Source: Nitrospirales bacterium (lineage in GTDB: Bacteria; Nitrospirota; Nitrospiria; Nitrospirales; UBA8639). Taken from it: a stretch of DNA of 64,000 bases. The DNA lies in contig CBDBCZ010000017.1 of NCBI GenBank assembly GCA_965203295.1, positions 128,001 to 192,000 on the forward strand, read 5' to 3'. The notes beneath the pieces are model-generated. The model searched no databases, was not told the origin of the DNA, and worked only from the letters and a program-made list of their open reading frames with translations. Made by a program: the position numbers and the translations under genes. Each line of letters opens with the position of its first letter. Position 1 is the stretch's first letter. Below are positions 12,036 to 31,238 of this stretch, in pieces.

Positions 12036-13232
12036 TTAATTCAGTTGTGAGAAGGATGGTCACAGTTGTCAAGCAACCCTAATGCCTGGCATACCTGGGA
12101 TATGTAAATTTACACAGTAGCCATAGCTACATATCAAAGGTATCGCTAGGAATCTAAAACCACCCATTCATGAATATGATCAGATACAAGGTGCTTGCTC
12201 TGCTCACTCTCTAGAGACCAATCAATTAGTGATCAAAAGTAATTGCTAGTGTGAAAAGCAGTAAACTGTGCAGGGGTTGCAAAATGTCCAATTTCCTATT
12301 CACAAAGCGCACTAGTGCATTATATGCGAAAGATGTCAGATGGAGAATGATTTAGCTACCAAGCAAAGGCTCTAAGGAATCACTGAAACGGTGAGTGACT
12401 GTAGACCATCAGAACACTTTTTTTTGATGAGACATGCAGGGGGTGTATCAGAGCGAAAGCCTCCAGAAAATGTATAGGCTACCCCAAAATGCCCAAAGTG
12501 ATTTGTGAAGAGCGTTCCATATATGGAGCATAGGAAAGGCTGTGGCCCGTGGGTTGTGCTAGCCACTACACACGCCATGGCAACAGCCATAGCTACATGT
12601 ATATGTATATACCAGATTATATGAGACCAATAAATTAGTGGTCAAAACTTATATAAGTGTATAATTCTAGAAATTCTACAAATTGCCGTTCTCCCATGCA
12701 TGCAGACTCTAGCTTTCTTGTGGAGAGTCTGGTCACGGCAAGACTGGTCCCGTATCACTTCTTTCCTTTGTCTGACTCGTGAAAAAACCCACCTGTGATC
12801 ATTTTTGAAATAAAGTGTAAGATGAGATCTCGGCTAGCTACCAGGTTGACAGATATAGCTATGTCCCCTCTCTAGCCACCTGCGGACTTCATCAGAAATT
12901 GTGTATGTGTACTGTAGTTAATTATGCTACATGTACTTCCCCCAGCTTTGATGTCTGTGTACATGTGAATTTCAGCCAGCGTACCTGCCATCCCGCTGCT
13001 GTAACACTATACATCAACCTCATGCACACACCAGTTTTATTCATCACCCCTTTGTGCATGTACCTTACGATACTTCCTTTGTAGAATTTCTTGGCCCCTT
13101 CCACTGTGTTGGCTCCAACTTGGCCTATTTTTAATTACTGTAAATTATTTTTGGCACACTTCATAATGACATACTTTCTACTGCATAAACTTTCACAGAA
13201 TAAAACACAGATATTAATATGAAGCCATGCAG

Positions 13233-14063
13233 CTACTCTTTTTCTGCTACAACAAACATTAGTCCAGTTTCTGTTTGGCCCGGCATAAGATTTGCAGAAT
13301 TCAATGAAAACTTTTCAATGGAAATATTTTTAAACCCTGCTTCGGTGAGGGAGGTTGTAATCAGCTCCTCTGACTCTTCCAAGACTCGGAACTTTTCTGA
13401 ACGATTCGAATCGAGGTGTAGATCGTAGAATTTCTCTCCTTCAGTGCAATAGATTACTATTCGTCCCCCTGGATTGAGGAGCGCTGACAGCCTAGCCACG
13501 GCTGATTTATATTCCTCTTCAGTTGCACACGCTGGTCCCAAGCATAGGCATGTGATGATTACATCATACGGACCCTCGTATCCGAGTTGAATCGGTGGCT
13601 CTTGCGAAGCATCACAGGCAACAATCGCCTTGATGACGCTGCGTAGCTTTTCCTCGCGAGTTTTCGCTTCTCGCTCGCTTTTCCCTTCCAAGTTTTGGAC
13701 AACGTACCGGAAGTACGGAGACCAATCGTGCGCATCCCGATCGCCGTCTTTCCACTTCTGTAACGATTCTCGACTTGATGCGGTATATTCCGACAGCACT
13801 ATCTCCGAAGCGTGCAGGGCAGAGCTGATCTGCCACAGAATGCAGGGACCGGCTCCAAATTCCAGAATCTTCAGGTCCCGCCGATGCGGTTTAAAGGAAG
13901 CCCAAAAATTGTGCAACTGCTGCAGTGGGAACACGCAGTGGACCACGTTAGTGACGTCTCCGGAGTACCTCGGCTTCAAGTACGCCTCTGGATCGAAAGT
14001 ATTGTGGTAACTGCTTCCGAAGCCCAACTCTGTATCACAGTCCGCTCCGCTCGTCATAGTCAT
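13233..14063 (-). CDS. NNMT/PNMT/INMT-family SAM-dependent N-methyltransferase, intronless, 276 aa
   Basis: FDPEAYL, motif I LEFGAGP, EIVLSEY, DWSPYFRY, DVIITCLCL, LLNPGG, all characteristic of the NNMT/PNMT/TEMT family. Confidence 0.9.
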   Translation of the reverse strand: MTMTSGADCDTELGFGSSYHNTFDPEAYLKPRYSGDVTNVVHCVFPLQQLHNFWASFKPHRRDLKILEFGAGPCILWQISSALHASEIVLSEYTASSRESLQKWKDGDRDAHDWSPYFRYVVQNLEGKSEREAKTREEKLRSVIKAIVACDASQEPPIQLGYEGPYDVIITCLCLGPACATEEEYKSAVARLSALLNPGGRIVIYCTEGEKFYDLHLDSNRSEKFRVLEESEELITTSLTEAGFKNISIEKFSLNSANLMPGQTETGLMFVVAEKE

Positions 14064-14567
14064 AAGCTTTGTTGATTTTGGCTCATGAAAAACTGTATTA
14101 CGCTATGCTATAGGATGTAGTTTGTGCAAAGCTACCCCATTATATAGCTAATTGTTACGTCGCATCCTCCGTTAGATCCGATGGCCTGATCGAGGCGCTC
14201 GTGCACGCCCGACTGTAGTCTCGTGACCAAGTGTCTAGTCTCGTGATCATGAGGTACGCCCACGTCATTAATGACGATGTTAGTGCCACGTCTTCTTAGA
14301 CTTTCCATCCGTCAGACTAGGAACATCGTACTGGCTCTTGCAGCCTTGGAGAATGCACCAGGCAAGAACGACGTTATGAGTTTATCTATAGACTATTAAT
14401 GCACCTCTACCACGGTACTAGCTATGTGGGACCAGGGTAAAGGATTTGACTAATTAATTTTGCCTCAATCTAGGGGCAACACCTTCTGATCAAATCCCTA
14501 CCCTGTACCCCACTTTGCAGTGGCGTGAGGAAAGTGGAGAGGCCAAATATACAGTATATTAAACTGG

Positions 14568-15184
14568 TAGCCTCGTTCCCAGGCCTCCGCACAGCTTTTG
14601 TCGCTTGCAGTACGAAAAGCGTGGAAGGCCTGGAATATTTTATCACGTGAGCAACGTTGAGGGTAGAGAGAGGGTAGAGAGACTTTAATTGAGCGTGGGT
14701 GAAACGATAGCAACGTGCCCACGCAGAGCCGATTTATCCCGCTACTCGAGCACGAGGTCTCTTGGCGATCGAGAACAGTCGCACTTCTGGCAGTCTTTGC
14801 GAAGAGTAAGTGTAGAAAAGCATTTAAACAAAGCCTGGGTATGCCTATTTTATACTTCTGCTTACCGCAGAACACGTACCTTTGCCTGTACTGAATGGAT
14901 GAGTACCGTGCCGGCGCCTTCCATGCTCCCCACTGTATAGCCCATTGCCAGTGAAGTTTGACGCCTATTCATGATGCTGTAAGAGATATTTTTCGTTTCA
15001 GTCCCTTCAACGCCAATTTCTCCGACTGTTTTCGCTGATAGACCGTTGGATCGTGCATGAACCCGCTATTGTGGTTATGTTCGCCCACATGCAATTAAGG
15101 TCTCTCTACCTTACGTAATACTCACGTGATAAAATTTACCAGGCTCTCCCCCTTTTTTTCGGGGAGAGCCTGGGAACGAGGCTA
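14568..15184. mobile_element. MITE (TAGCCTCG family), 9-bp TSD
   Basis: TIR TAGCCTCGTTCCCAGGC / GCCTGGGAACGAGGCTA; TSD TTAAACTGG on both sides. Confidence 0.9.
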
Positions 15185-15801
15185 TTAAACTGGCAATGCT
15201 AAATTATATTAGCAGAGGAGGTACGACAACGTCACATGCAAAGCGTCAACTAGTCACATGACCAGCAAGCATATCGAGTGATCTTACGAGGAAAAGAGGT
15301 TCTGTGCACTTGTGCATGCATCACCTTCTTGAGAGGCTTTCCAGCTATTGATTGATATAAATTAGCAAGCAATACTATCATCATTGGAAGCAGCTACCAT
15401 GCATACTTTTGCTGAGTGGCTTAGCGATATACCCTTGAAGTTGCTTAGTGGAGCCCGTTCTTCAGCTCATGGTATTTGTCTTCAAAAACTAAGAAGTCGT
15501 TTGAGCAGCTGAGCCCCTCTGAGCAAGGTAGTGAGAAAATCGAGGTTGTAGCTGCCAACTGCACTTGTATATATACACATGCGTATTAGCTAAAAGAACG
15601 CCATTAATAGAGCACAACTAGTGCGTGACGTATAATGCACAATTCAAACCTTGAAGTACCACCTCTGCTATATTAGTAACCTATCATAGCTGTGTGTAAT
15701 ACTATAACTAGCATACATGCGTGCATGCAATGACAGCTTAGAACACAGAGCAACACTCGCCATATGCATACCAATTTCTCCAACATTTCGTGTTATCTCA
15801 G

Positions 15802-18994
<3,193 letters not shown>

Positions 18995-19075
18995 AACCCT
19001 CGACTACCGTTCCTTTACAACCATACTGAGTGCTATAGTATGCATACGTGACATGTATTATGTACGTATATAAAA

Positions 19076-19512
19076 ATTTCCTGAAATGCGTTACAAGGAA
19101 ATTTGACAGGAAATATGGCATTCCAGGTACAGGGTACATGTAGTATATTAGGATAGGGCAGAATTTCCTTTAAAATCATGAAATTCTGTCCTATCCTATA
19201 CTACCCTGTACCTGAAATACCAAATTTCCTATCACATTTCCTTGCAATGCATTTCAGGAAATTCCACTTTTTTTTGCTGTGCATGACTATGTACAGTTCC
19301 TTTGCAACTAGTGCTATAGTATGCATACGTGTATTATGTACACAGGTTAAATTTCCTAAAATGCGTTAGCTACAATATATAGAGGAAATTCGACAGAAAA
19401 TATGGCATTTTAGGTACAGGGTATAGGGCAGAAAATCATGAAATCCTATAATATACTACCTTCTACCTGAAATACCAGATTTCCTGTCAACTTTCTTTGT
19501 AACGCATTTCCA
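19076..19512. repeat. Two tandem fold-back (palindromic) repeats between convergent HINT and IYD; related copy at about 30253-30385
   Basis: CCTGAAATGCGTTACAAGGAAAT...AGGATAGGGCAGAATTT / AAATTCTGTCCTATCCT...ATTTCCTTGCAATGCATTTCAGG. Confidence 0.75.
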
Positions 19513-19806
19513 CTTTTTTTTGCTGTGGTATATATACATAGGTACTGCATGTATTATGTATAATTATCATAGTGTGTGACCACATAATATTTTTTGATGA
19601 CACTGTGCATGCTATACACTTACAGCAAGAAAAAGGTATATGCAGAGTCAATATTACGTACATAGACATAAGAGACGAAAAGGCACGAATTATTATAGCA
19701 CTTCCATCGTCAACAGTAGCACATGCAATGTACAAAAAGGTCGTTCATTACATAGTAATTAAGCTAGTGCTCTCATGAGGCATAGCTGCAAGCCTGAGAG
19801 CTGACG

Positions 19807-22800
19807 TCACTTGAGAACCATGATCTGTTCAAGAGGCTTCCTCTTCACGTCTGGAACAGTAGCGCCCTCAGCGGGATAGCCTACCGGTAGCAGGACCATC
19901 ACCTGGATGATGGATAACAGGTGATGATAGCATGCCCATACCAATCTGATGTAATTGGGAGGGGGGGGGGGGTTAAAGTAGGCACTAAATGGAAAATGTA
20001 CATGTCGTAGTCTAGCTATATAGCTATCCCCAACTTATACCCCCTTAGGGATCGCTTGCAGTGTCAGATACTTCAAGCGATCCCTAGATGGGTAGAAGTT
20101 GGGGATGTGTAGCTAGCTAGACTATATACACGTCGTTGAAATAGATCTGGGCAACACATTAATTTTGCGGTATATAAGACCATGCTCCCGTACCTACATA
20201 CGTGGTAGGGGGGTGGTTGTGCCCCAAATTAAAGCCTTAGATAAAAGCTACATGTAGTATATTTACTAAAAGTATAATTCCCTTCTGCTTTTCAGTAGTC
20301 TAAGAATAGAATTAGCTATAAATATGCCTATGCACTAATTGCATGCAAGTACATGTAAGCAGCAAGTATATACGTATCTATGCAGCTAGCTATTTTGATT
20401 TAGAGTTTCAGTCTTATATGGGAGGCAAGGATGGAAATCGCTACATCACTGCAAGCTTGTACTGTCCGCAGCCTAAGTGCAGTGTACTGTCTGCTCTACC
20501 TTCTCATTGTCAGGCCTCCCCAGTAGCTCCCTAAGGGCCACTCAGGTAACTGTACTGTCTGCTCTACCTTCTCATTGTCAGGCCTCCCCAGTAGCTCCCT
20601 AAGGGCCACTCCGGCATTGAGAGGCTTTGCTGTGTCCCAAATATGCTTTCTTAATAGAAAGTTACCACTGAAATGAAAACACCTCTCTATACAGGACATT
20701 GCACCAGGTCCCCAAGGTGTCCACAATAGAGGGGTTCCACTGTACGTATGGACAGGGGGTGGGGGGTTCTGCCCCAAATTAAAGCCTTAGATTAAAGCTA
20801 GTATATTTATTGAAAGTCTAATTCCCTTCTGCATGTCAGTAGTGCAGTGAACTGTCTGCTCTACCTTCTCATTGTCAGGCCTCCCCAGTAGCTCCCTAAG
20901 GGCCACTCCAGCATTGAGAGGCTTTGTTGTGTCCCAAATATGCTTTCTTAATAGAAAGTTACCACTGAAATGAAAACACCTCTCTATACAGGACATTGCA
21001 CCAGGTCCCCAAGGTGTCCGGTTCCACTGTACGTATGGACAGGGGGTGGGGGGTTCTGCCTCAAATTAAAGCCTTAGATTAAAGCTAGTGTAGTTATTGA
21101 AAGTCTAATTCCCTTCTGCATGTCAGTAGTGCAGTGTACTGTCTGCTCTACCTTCTCATTGTCAGGCCTCCCCAGTAGCTCCCTAAGGGCCACTCCGGCA
21201 TTGAGAGGCGTGGTGGTAACTGTAACCAGCCCTGCATTGTGGATGGCTGCCACAAGAATGCCACTGGCAATGGCGGTGCTGATCTCGTAGTAGTAGTGAG
21301 CGTATCGCTGCCCGTCTTCGCCGATGTGGTAGGCCTGCTTGAAGACGATGATTAGGTAAGGGGCCGTCTCCAGATACGGCTTTTCGTGGGTTGTCCTGAC
21401 GAACTTGAGGTCGTTCACCCACTTGTCGCCCATTCTACGATCATAGTTGTGGTATTCTTCCTGTATTAGGGTACGTACGTAAGGGAAAAGAGAATAAAAT
21501 TAACAGCATCACAGTTAGACCATAATCATATGATCAATTTCAGTTTGCCCACTGGAATAAACACAGATAATCAGGCAACATCAATTTGCTACATGTATGA
21601 TGAGTACTCAATTTGGTGGTAAAGCCTCGATCTTCACTTCAAAATGCTAGCAATAAAGTCCAACCAAGAACAGACTTGGGGAAGCATACTGCATGTTTCC
21701 AATCTAGTGGGTTAGAATACACTTCATGAATATGTTTGTAATTGATGTTCTCGTTACACCTCATTCATTTCAAAGAGTGTTTTAGGTTACTATAGTGTTA
21801 GATGTAGACATTAATGTACATATTATCTGATCTACTTCCATCTTCATTACCTGCTCAATAATGTCTCTAATTTGTGATTTCAGTTTCGGATCTCCAACAA
21901 CAACAAACGTCCAGGGTTCGGAGTGGGCCCCAGATGGCGATGTACCTGCCGTATGAACGATACTCTTGATGGCTTCAACTGGAACGGGTTTGGGGCTGAA
22001 GTTCCTCACAGATCGCCGCTCGTTCATCTGCTCATAAAACTCCCTGGCTCTTCTTTTCACTTCTTCTTCTGATGGCCTCTCTGGCTGATACGGCACGTGT
22101 GGTGTGTCAGACGCGTGCAAGGGTGGAGCAAGCGAGGGGTCCGGTTCTTCCTCGTCGAATTCCGATAGTGGGTGCTCCCCCTTGTCCATGCTGAGGATAT
22201 CCTGCGTCTTCTTTCTTGCAGTTGTGCTGTCCTCGGACTCGTCTTTGGGGCGTCTTTCCTGATCCATATAAACAAATTTAAATAAACCTGCTAATTCCAG
22301 GGCAAGTTTATTCCTCAGCATAGAGGGTAGTTTGAATCTATATGGAGGGTTTTATATTTATATTTATCTTATTGGATGGGTAGCTGTCCAATATCAGTGG
22401 ATATTGGACGAGTCCATGCTGTATTTTGGCAAGTCGGAAGGACGAGCTAAATACAAGCAAGACAAGTCCAATGTCCAGTGATATTGGATGGCTACATGTA
22501 CCCATTCAATGAGAAATTTATTGTGTATTGTACACACCACCCATGATTCTAAATGGCGTGTTCATCAACCATCCAATATCATAAGATATTGGACGGTTTG
22601 CCAAATAGGAAATACTACATAGTGGTACCATGATAATGAGTGAACAATAATAGACATTAATATAAAGTTTAATATGCATGGGCATAAAAATGTGCCTGTG
22701 GTGTGCAAAGAGGAAATAAACTTTGCGTTTAGAGTGTTATATGTAGCAAAGTGTGGTTGGCTCTACAATGGTACAGAAAGAAGGGCAGCTCGTAAATTTA

Positions 22801-23183
22801 TGGTTTCGAGGTATCAGTTGTTAGACGAATCTAGCTCTACACATCCACATGCTTAGATTCTGAAGATGAGACATCATTTATATCCCAAACACTAGGCCCA
22901 CCCACGCCTTCTAAAGAGCTTTCTGATGAAATGGATACTACCAAAAGTCAAATGATCTATTATAAGCACACGTCTTCAAAATGATGTCCACACTTTACAT
23001 ACCCATTACCAGTGAGATTTATGAAAAAAAAATATCCACTTTGAGAAGTATATAGCTAACCTGTGCTAGCAGGTGTGCCAGTATGGCGGCCACTACGACA
23101 GTGGCCAAGGTTGCTAGCAGGTAGTGCCAGTACTGGGCCAGAAAGGGAGCCGATCGGGTAAGGAAGCTGATAGCATCGTCCAT
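19807..23183 (-). CDS. IYD: Iodotyrosine deiodinase (nitroreductase fold), 311 aa; exons 23183-23061, 22258-21851, 21460-21152, 19902-19807
   Basis: N-terminal TM anchor ([19 protein letters not shown]), [90 protein letters not shown]; all junctions phase 0 GT-AG. Confidence 0.95.
20485..21210 (-). repeat. Tandem duplications (about 290-bp units) of the IYD exon 3' end, donor and a MITE fragment
   Basis: Sequence encoding [25 protein letters not shown] recurs at about 20565-20625 and 20860-20920, partially at about 20495-20545. Confidence 0.88.
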
Positions 23184-23471
23184 TTTCTAGTGCGTGTGTG
23201 TGAGTGTGAGAGTGAAAGTGAGTGTGTGTGTGTGTATGTGTATGAGAGAGAGAGAGAGAGAGTGTGTGTCAGGGGAAGTATGTACATGTACATAGGGTGG
23301 CTGCCTAGAGAAAGCAATGTAGTAGTGTGTACATGGGCTCCTATATCACTGTGACCTTGATTAGGTTCCAGTAGTGGAAGCTGCAGATGGTCATGGCTTC
23401 ACTAAGTGCAAAGTGAAGGAACTCTGAATGGAAAGTTGGTTCTCAGCTGAGGCTGTTTTGCTTTCAAGTCA

Positions 23472-23930
23472 TTACCCCATGCCACGTATGTTTGGGTGGG
23501 ATGAACGATCGGTTTTGTCTGTCTGTCGTCATCATTGTCTGTCATAAAAATTCTTCATAGCAGGCAGATTAGGAGCTATAATAATTTTGAGTAACAATTA
23601 AAATCCCCAAAGAATCAATATGTGTACATGTATAATCATGTGTATACCTAGCTGATAGTGACCAAAGCGGTTCTAGTCTCCAGCTCTTTCTTATTCAACA
23701 CTGGTAAAGTCTACTGTTTTAGTATAGTAAAGAACTCGAATACGACAGAGGGGAGGGCGGGCATACACGGTCTCAGGACACGTGTTCATACTCGAGTGTA
23801 CAGCATCAGTGTCACTACTACAGCGATCAGTCACGCCCACAGCTTGGATACAACAATACACGAGCACACTATACTCTTTCCAGTCTCAGAGTCCAGGAGT
23901 GCGGGGAATGTCTCTGATAGAGACTTCTAG
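23472..23930 (+). mobile_element. Degenerate Helitron-like non-autonomous repeat; relatives at about 33650-34472 and 48067-48230
   Basis: Shared 5' TTACCCC...CGGTT..GTCTGTCTGTC and 3' GGGG..ATGTCTCTG.TAGAGACTTCTAG. Confidence 0.55.
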
Positions 23931-24828
23931 TTTGAACTACAATGAAATAGAGCTCCTTGAATAGTCGCTGCATTTAGTGTGGCCCAATTCACCATGCAAA
24001 TAAAATACAGTTACAGATCGGGCACATTGAGTTCTTGTTCAATTCGTCTCTACCTAAATCACATAGCTGTGCCCTACTGTAGATACAGCCCATCCCAGCC
24101 TAGGAATGGTGTAGCCTGACATGTCACTATACCTGTAGCTAATTAGCCCAGGCCCCACCCCCATGAAGGGGCACAAAGTATAGGCACTAGTGAACTTACG
24201 ACAGATCATGAAATCCTACATAAGGCCTCCATCTAACACAACATATGCATGTTGGCATTAGAAGCTCACAACTTGCCAGTTAATAGTCGATCGAGGCCCG
24301 GGCATGAAGTAATCTTCTGACGATGACGATCAGTGGAGCATCACGTGCAGGGTCAAGGATGGGGGTGGGGCTAGCTATAGGGCATAGATTGAAGGACTGT
24401 GTCCTACTCTACTATCTATGGAGCGGTTAACTCAGTTGCAGTGAGAACTTCGACTTATGTAGACGTTTTGACTACTAGATCTGGTTACCAGATATCTGGG
24501 TGTGAAGGTAGAAATTTACGCCTTATCCACGAAATGTTGCATTGCATTCTGAGATTTTTATTAAGCAGCATCACAGATAATAGAATTCGTAACCAGCATT
24601 AACATTTTTGTAGATTTAAATGCATGCCATGCACTGTTGCAAGGCCATCCTCCAAATGTTATTATATAGTACGTACGTATAATAGTAGAATTCTACTGCA
24701 ACACAATTGTTGGTATGTAGCTACATGGCGTAAACATCTTAAGTCACAGTGCAACTGGGTTAACCACTCCATTCATTTGGGTTACTGTATTTAATATTTT
24801 CCAGTGTGGTGAGCATGCATGTGGGCGT

Positions 24829-25311
24829 AGCTTGAGACAATTATGCTCTAAATCTTTGCAATTATTCTTTTCTCCAATTCTATGATTTTATTGCTATTAT
24901 TCTCCAAGTTTTTTTGCTACTATTCTCATATTATTCTCAAGTTATACTTGTTGCTATACTGTAACAAAGTGAGCATTCCAGGAAAGACAAGTAAACATCG
25001 ACATGTCGACACTAATACACCAGCCACATGATGACGCGATTGATACTATTATTATAGGGTGCTAGCTAGGCACTCAACCAAAGAAAAAAACTCGATCTAT
25101 TGAGCACCCAGTCCTCATGCATTGCTGGCCAGAGCAGAGACACTGTATTGTATTAATATAGTATCTCTGGCCGGAGGGCAGGGCTGGCCCACTCATCCGG
25201 GCGCGGGCCACCAAAAGATGCTGAGGCTTGCTACTATTCTAGAATTATGTTTTTATGCCAATGTCTTGCTATTATTCTAAAACTTATTCCAGCATAATTA
25301 TCTCAAGCCTA
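24829..25311. mobile_element. MITE, hAT-like ends
   Basis: GCTTGAGACAATTATGC / GCATAATTATCTCAAGC inverted ends with ATTATTCT subterminal repeats. Confidence 0.55.
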
Positions 25312-25727
25312 TAATGTAATGTGGGCACCATTTAAAATTGGACTAGACGCCTGCATGTCTGCTATAAGGGTGTTGGCATTTGGGAGGGTGCCAAACAATA
25401 GAATTAGTAGAAATTCAATTGGGAGTCACAGCCGATACACATTCACTTGAGTGAAGTGGGCAAAAATTGGTATCTAGGTTCTACTCACAATACGTCTTGA
25501 CATAATTTTGGTAACTACATACATGTATACTTGACAGAGTGACATATAATTATGATACCAACAAGATTTCTTCTGCTAACTACAGAATACAAGCACTACA
25601 AAATCATGTGTGCCTCGTCTTTCTTAGCAAAAACGACTAAAAAGTCATTTTAAAAGTAGTGAGTTATACAATACTGATTCATTTCATTCGGCTGCATATA
25701 GTGTCAAGGGATGGCCTACAAAATCTC

Positions 25728-27617
<1,890 letters not shown>

Positions 27618-28866
27618 GGCTGTTGACAGTGTATAAACTGTATCACTGTAGGATATAGTGGTATTATCCCACATTACATCATCTCTAATACATTTTGTTG
27701 GACGAGAGCAGTAGGATATACAGGCGCATATCCTACAGTTCTGTACTTCCTTAGGTAACATAACCTCCGGTTACTTCACGATAGTTACGCACATGCGCAG
27801 TAGTGGGATAAGTCAGGTAGACCACGCCCCATGCAGCGGAGGATTTGCGCCCTCCTTGCGCGAATATAGGATATAGGATATATTCGGAGGAGCGGAGGAT
27901 ATATAGGCGCATATTCTCCGCTGTGACGTGGACTATCCTATACTTGCAATTACAGATGACTGTAGCTAAAACTATGGTTACGTAGCTATATCGAGGTAGA
28001 CAGTATGTTTGATTACTCACCATCCAAGTCTACCGATTTTCTCACTTGGTTGCTCGCTGCCTGCCAACCCACTGCGTACGAAGGCCGATGGAATTCCAGT
28101 ACGAAGTTCACGTATTTAATTTGCAGGTTCACGGTTCACTCTATTGTATCGTGTTCGATTAATAACCATGGCCATAGCCTGGGCCCCCACGTGGCTACAC
28201 CCGCGCGCCGCAAACTACCACGTGAGCCCGAGACCGGCCCCGTTCGCGCTCGCGCGCGCGCACAGCTAGCTAGCCGGCCGGCCTGTCACCAGGCACGAGA
28301 CTAAGTTCTGCCGTTACCGTTTATGGCAGGTGCGTAGCTTACTGGCGGACAACCTTCGCGCTGCCATTGGTCAGACTGTTGAGCATCCCGTGCTGCCATT
28401 GGTCAGATTGTTCAGCCGGCGGGAAAACGGTTCAAATTTTCAGTTCGCACAATAGAGTAAGGATGTGTTTGTTGCTGCTGCTGTTGCTGTTGCCAAGATG
28501 TTCTTGTACGCCCAACACAGCAGGCAATGGTGAGGAATGGGCTTTACTGTATGTCTGCGTGCGCATGCATGGGGTACTACAATCATATTAGCTAAATAGC
28601 ATGAGGGGATGTTTTTTTTTGGTGGGGGGGGGGGGGGGGGGAGTAGGTTAAATAAGCTTTCTGTTCCTCTTGGTCTGTGCTAGCATGCCATCAATCTCTA
28701 TTTGTTTTCCCTTGCTTCTCCACAGTCACCGACAACCATGAATGATCACCTATTGACAAAGCCAACATCACACACACATGCAGCCAACATACATGTACTG
28801 CAAGCAACTGTGAGGAGTGAAATTATACTGTATATAGGAATGGGCTTTATAGTATATGCATAATAA

Positions 28867-29045
28867 CTAGGAGAATGCAGAGCATTTGTGGGGCGAGCGC
28901 AACTACAACATGTGCTTAGCATGTTTCTGCGCATGCGCAATGCGACCGGTCGGTCGATGACATACATACAGGTCGGTCGATGACATACATACAAACAGAG
29001 TTGGCATTGACCTCGCTAGTACAGGGCTCGCTGCGCTCGCCCCAA
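28867..29045 (-). mobile_element. Short non-autonomous Helitron-like element, copy 2
   Basis: Near-identical to 11096-11245, with an internal duplication of GGTCGGTCGATGACATACATACA. Confidence 0.8.
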
Positions 29046-29344
29046 TTATATGGGTTTTTCTGTGCAGGAACACATTGGGTTTTCATTGTATGAGGAATGG
29101 TATGGGAATGGAATTATTTGTACGGGAACGGAAATTATGGGATTTACTGTACGTATGGAGAACGGGGTATTAAGCGGTAACTTAATGTGAATTTTATGAT
29201 TATATGTCACGAAGTTCGATCGCAATCAATAATCACATGATAAATATGTGATTGTCAAATGAGTGATCACTGAACGGGGTATTTTGCAAAGTTATTTCAC
29301 ATGTGGTCAGTTTTCACAGACAATAATTTGTAATTATTATTGTA

Positions 29345-29760
29345 ATTTTTGCGGACAATTTTTTGCGAACAGTGTTTTGCAGACAGCTCTTTTTCCAACA
29401 ATTTTTGCGGACAATGTCATGTATTTGCAGGCAGTTTTTGCGGATAGTGTTTGTGAGCAGTGTTTTGTGAACAGTGCTTTGCGGACAGTGTTTTGCGGAC
29501 AGTGTTACGGACAGTGTTTTGCGGACATTGTTTTGCGGACAGTGTTTTGTGGACGGTGTTTTGCGGACAGTGTTACGGACAGTGTTTTGCGGACAGTGAC
29601 AGTGTTATGGACAGTGTTTTGCGGACAATTCTTTTCCAGTTTTTGCAGAAAATTTTTGTGGACATTTTGCAAAATGTTTTTGCGGGCAGTTCTTTTTCCA
29701 GTTTTTGCGAACGTTTTTTTAAAAGACAGTTTTCTGCGCAAGGTTTTTGTCGACAGTTTG
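29345..29760. repeat. About 14-bp minisatellite (GTGTTTTGCGGACA)
   Basis: Direct reading of many tandem variant copies. Confidence 0.85.
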
Positions 29761-31238
29761 TTTGCCTCAGTTTTCCTGTACAAGTTCATTTTACAATCAC
29801 ATTTTACCATATTCATTACGGCACACACAATATTCCTTGTTTACTTACACCACTCTGTTCAGCAAGTTAAGACTTCCTTTCCCGCAAACTAAAGGAAACT
29901 TACCACTGGGTAAGTAGTGAGGGCACATTCTTTGGATTCGCCCAAAGAATCTGTAAACTACCACCCCTGGTTCCCAAGGCCAGGTACCCATGCAGTCCCC
30001 TCTGTGTTTTGCATGGAGGGGACAATTTTATTACGCAAAAATTTAGAAATCAGAATACACATGTGAATGTATACACTTCGTATGATTCAGAATATTGTTT
30101 TGCAAGACAATAAAACGATTTTTTTTGGCTGTGCATGTGCTTTGGTTGTGTTTTGTTTCTGTCTTTATGGATTGTCTAGTTGTGGTGTTTGTGTATTCGT
30201 TAGGGGAGTACGTACGTATGGGATTGCTTTCTGTACGACCCGGCATGTCACACAGGAAATTTAGGGTAGTATAGGATAGGGCAGAATTTTCCTTTAATCA
30301 TGAAATTCTGCCCTATTCTATACTATACCCTGTACCTGAAATACCAGTCAAATTTCCTTGTAACGCATTTCAGGAAACTCCACTTTTTTTCCCTGTGTCA
30401 GAATTTTAGCATATGTAACATATTTGTTGATCTGCATGTACGATACATGTGATTGTTAGGCCTTCAGACCTGTACAATAGTTAGTCTCTCACTCACAGTA
30501 CCCGATATCACTCTATTGGCAGATCAGATTCGGTGAGCAGCCACCTTTTTGGCGCACAACATAGCTATCTGACTATTCCCAGGAGACTCTTTCAGCTACG
30601 TACCGATTAGCTATTGGTTTGTTTGTTCCCAGAATATTTGCTCAAGCCCACGTACATGTATCTTTCTCATAGAACTATACAGATGTAGAATTAGGATCAA
30701 AGAAATGAGTATACTAAAAAAAATATTGTGCGCCAGGAGTCACTCAGTTGGCAATCTTTAGTACTGCTATTACAATCAGTGCTTTGACTATATTATGTGG
30801 AGGTAGATATTACGTTCACCTAATGAGAGGAATTTGTATAGGAATGCCGATATTGCTTCTATAGGGTATAGGTTGTGTGTACTAGTGCACGAGGCTATAG
30901 TGCACGCATGTCTTGATCACCAAATTAAAGCTTAATTCTTATTATTATTACCCAAGATGCAGTACCTAGCCCGGAACTAGGCTTCGAGGGAAGGTTGACG
31001 GTCCCTAAGAGCCTGCGTGGATTTCAGACTAGACAGTATGATATACGACTCCAAAGAGTTTCTCTTGCTATCAATAAACTACAAATACTATACGAGTGCA
31101 TAATATTAAGTGTACAGGCATGCATAAAGTTAACACTGCATGGTCATCTATCTAACAGTGATCAGTACACTATACAGTATAAATTCTAAGTCACTTCCAT
31201 CTAGCTAATTCCTGAACACACCAGCATGGTTGTGAATT

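Noticed and set aside
29263..29892. 209-aa ORF
   Set aside because: Spans the 14-bp minisatellite; low-complexity artefact.
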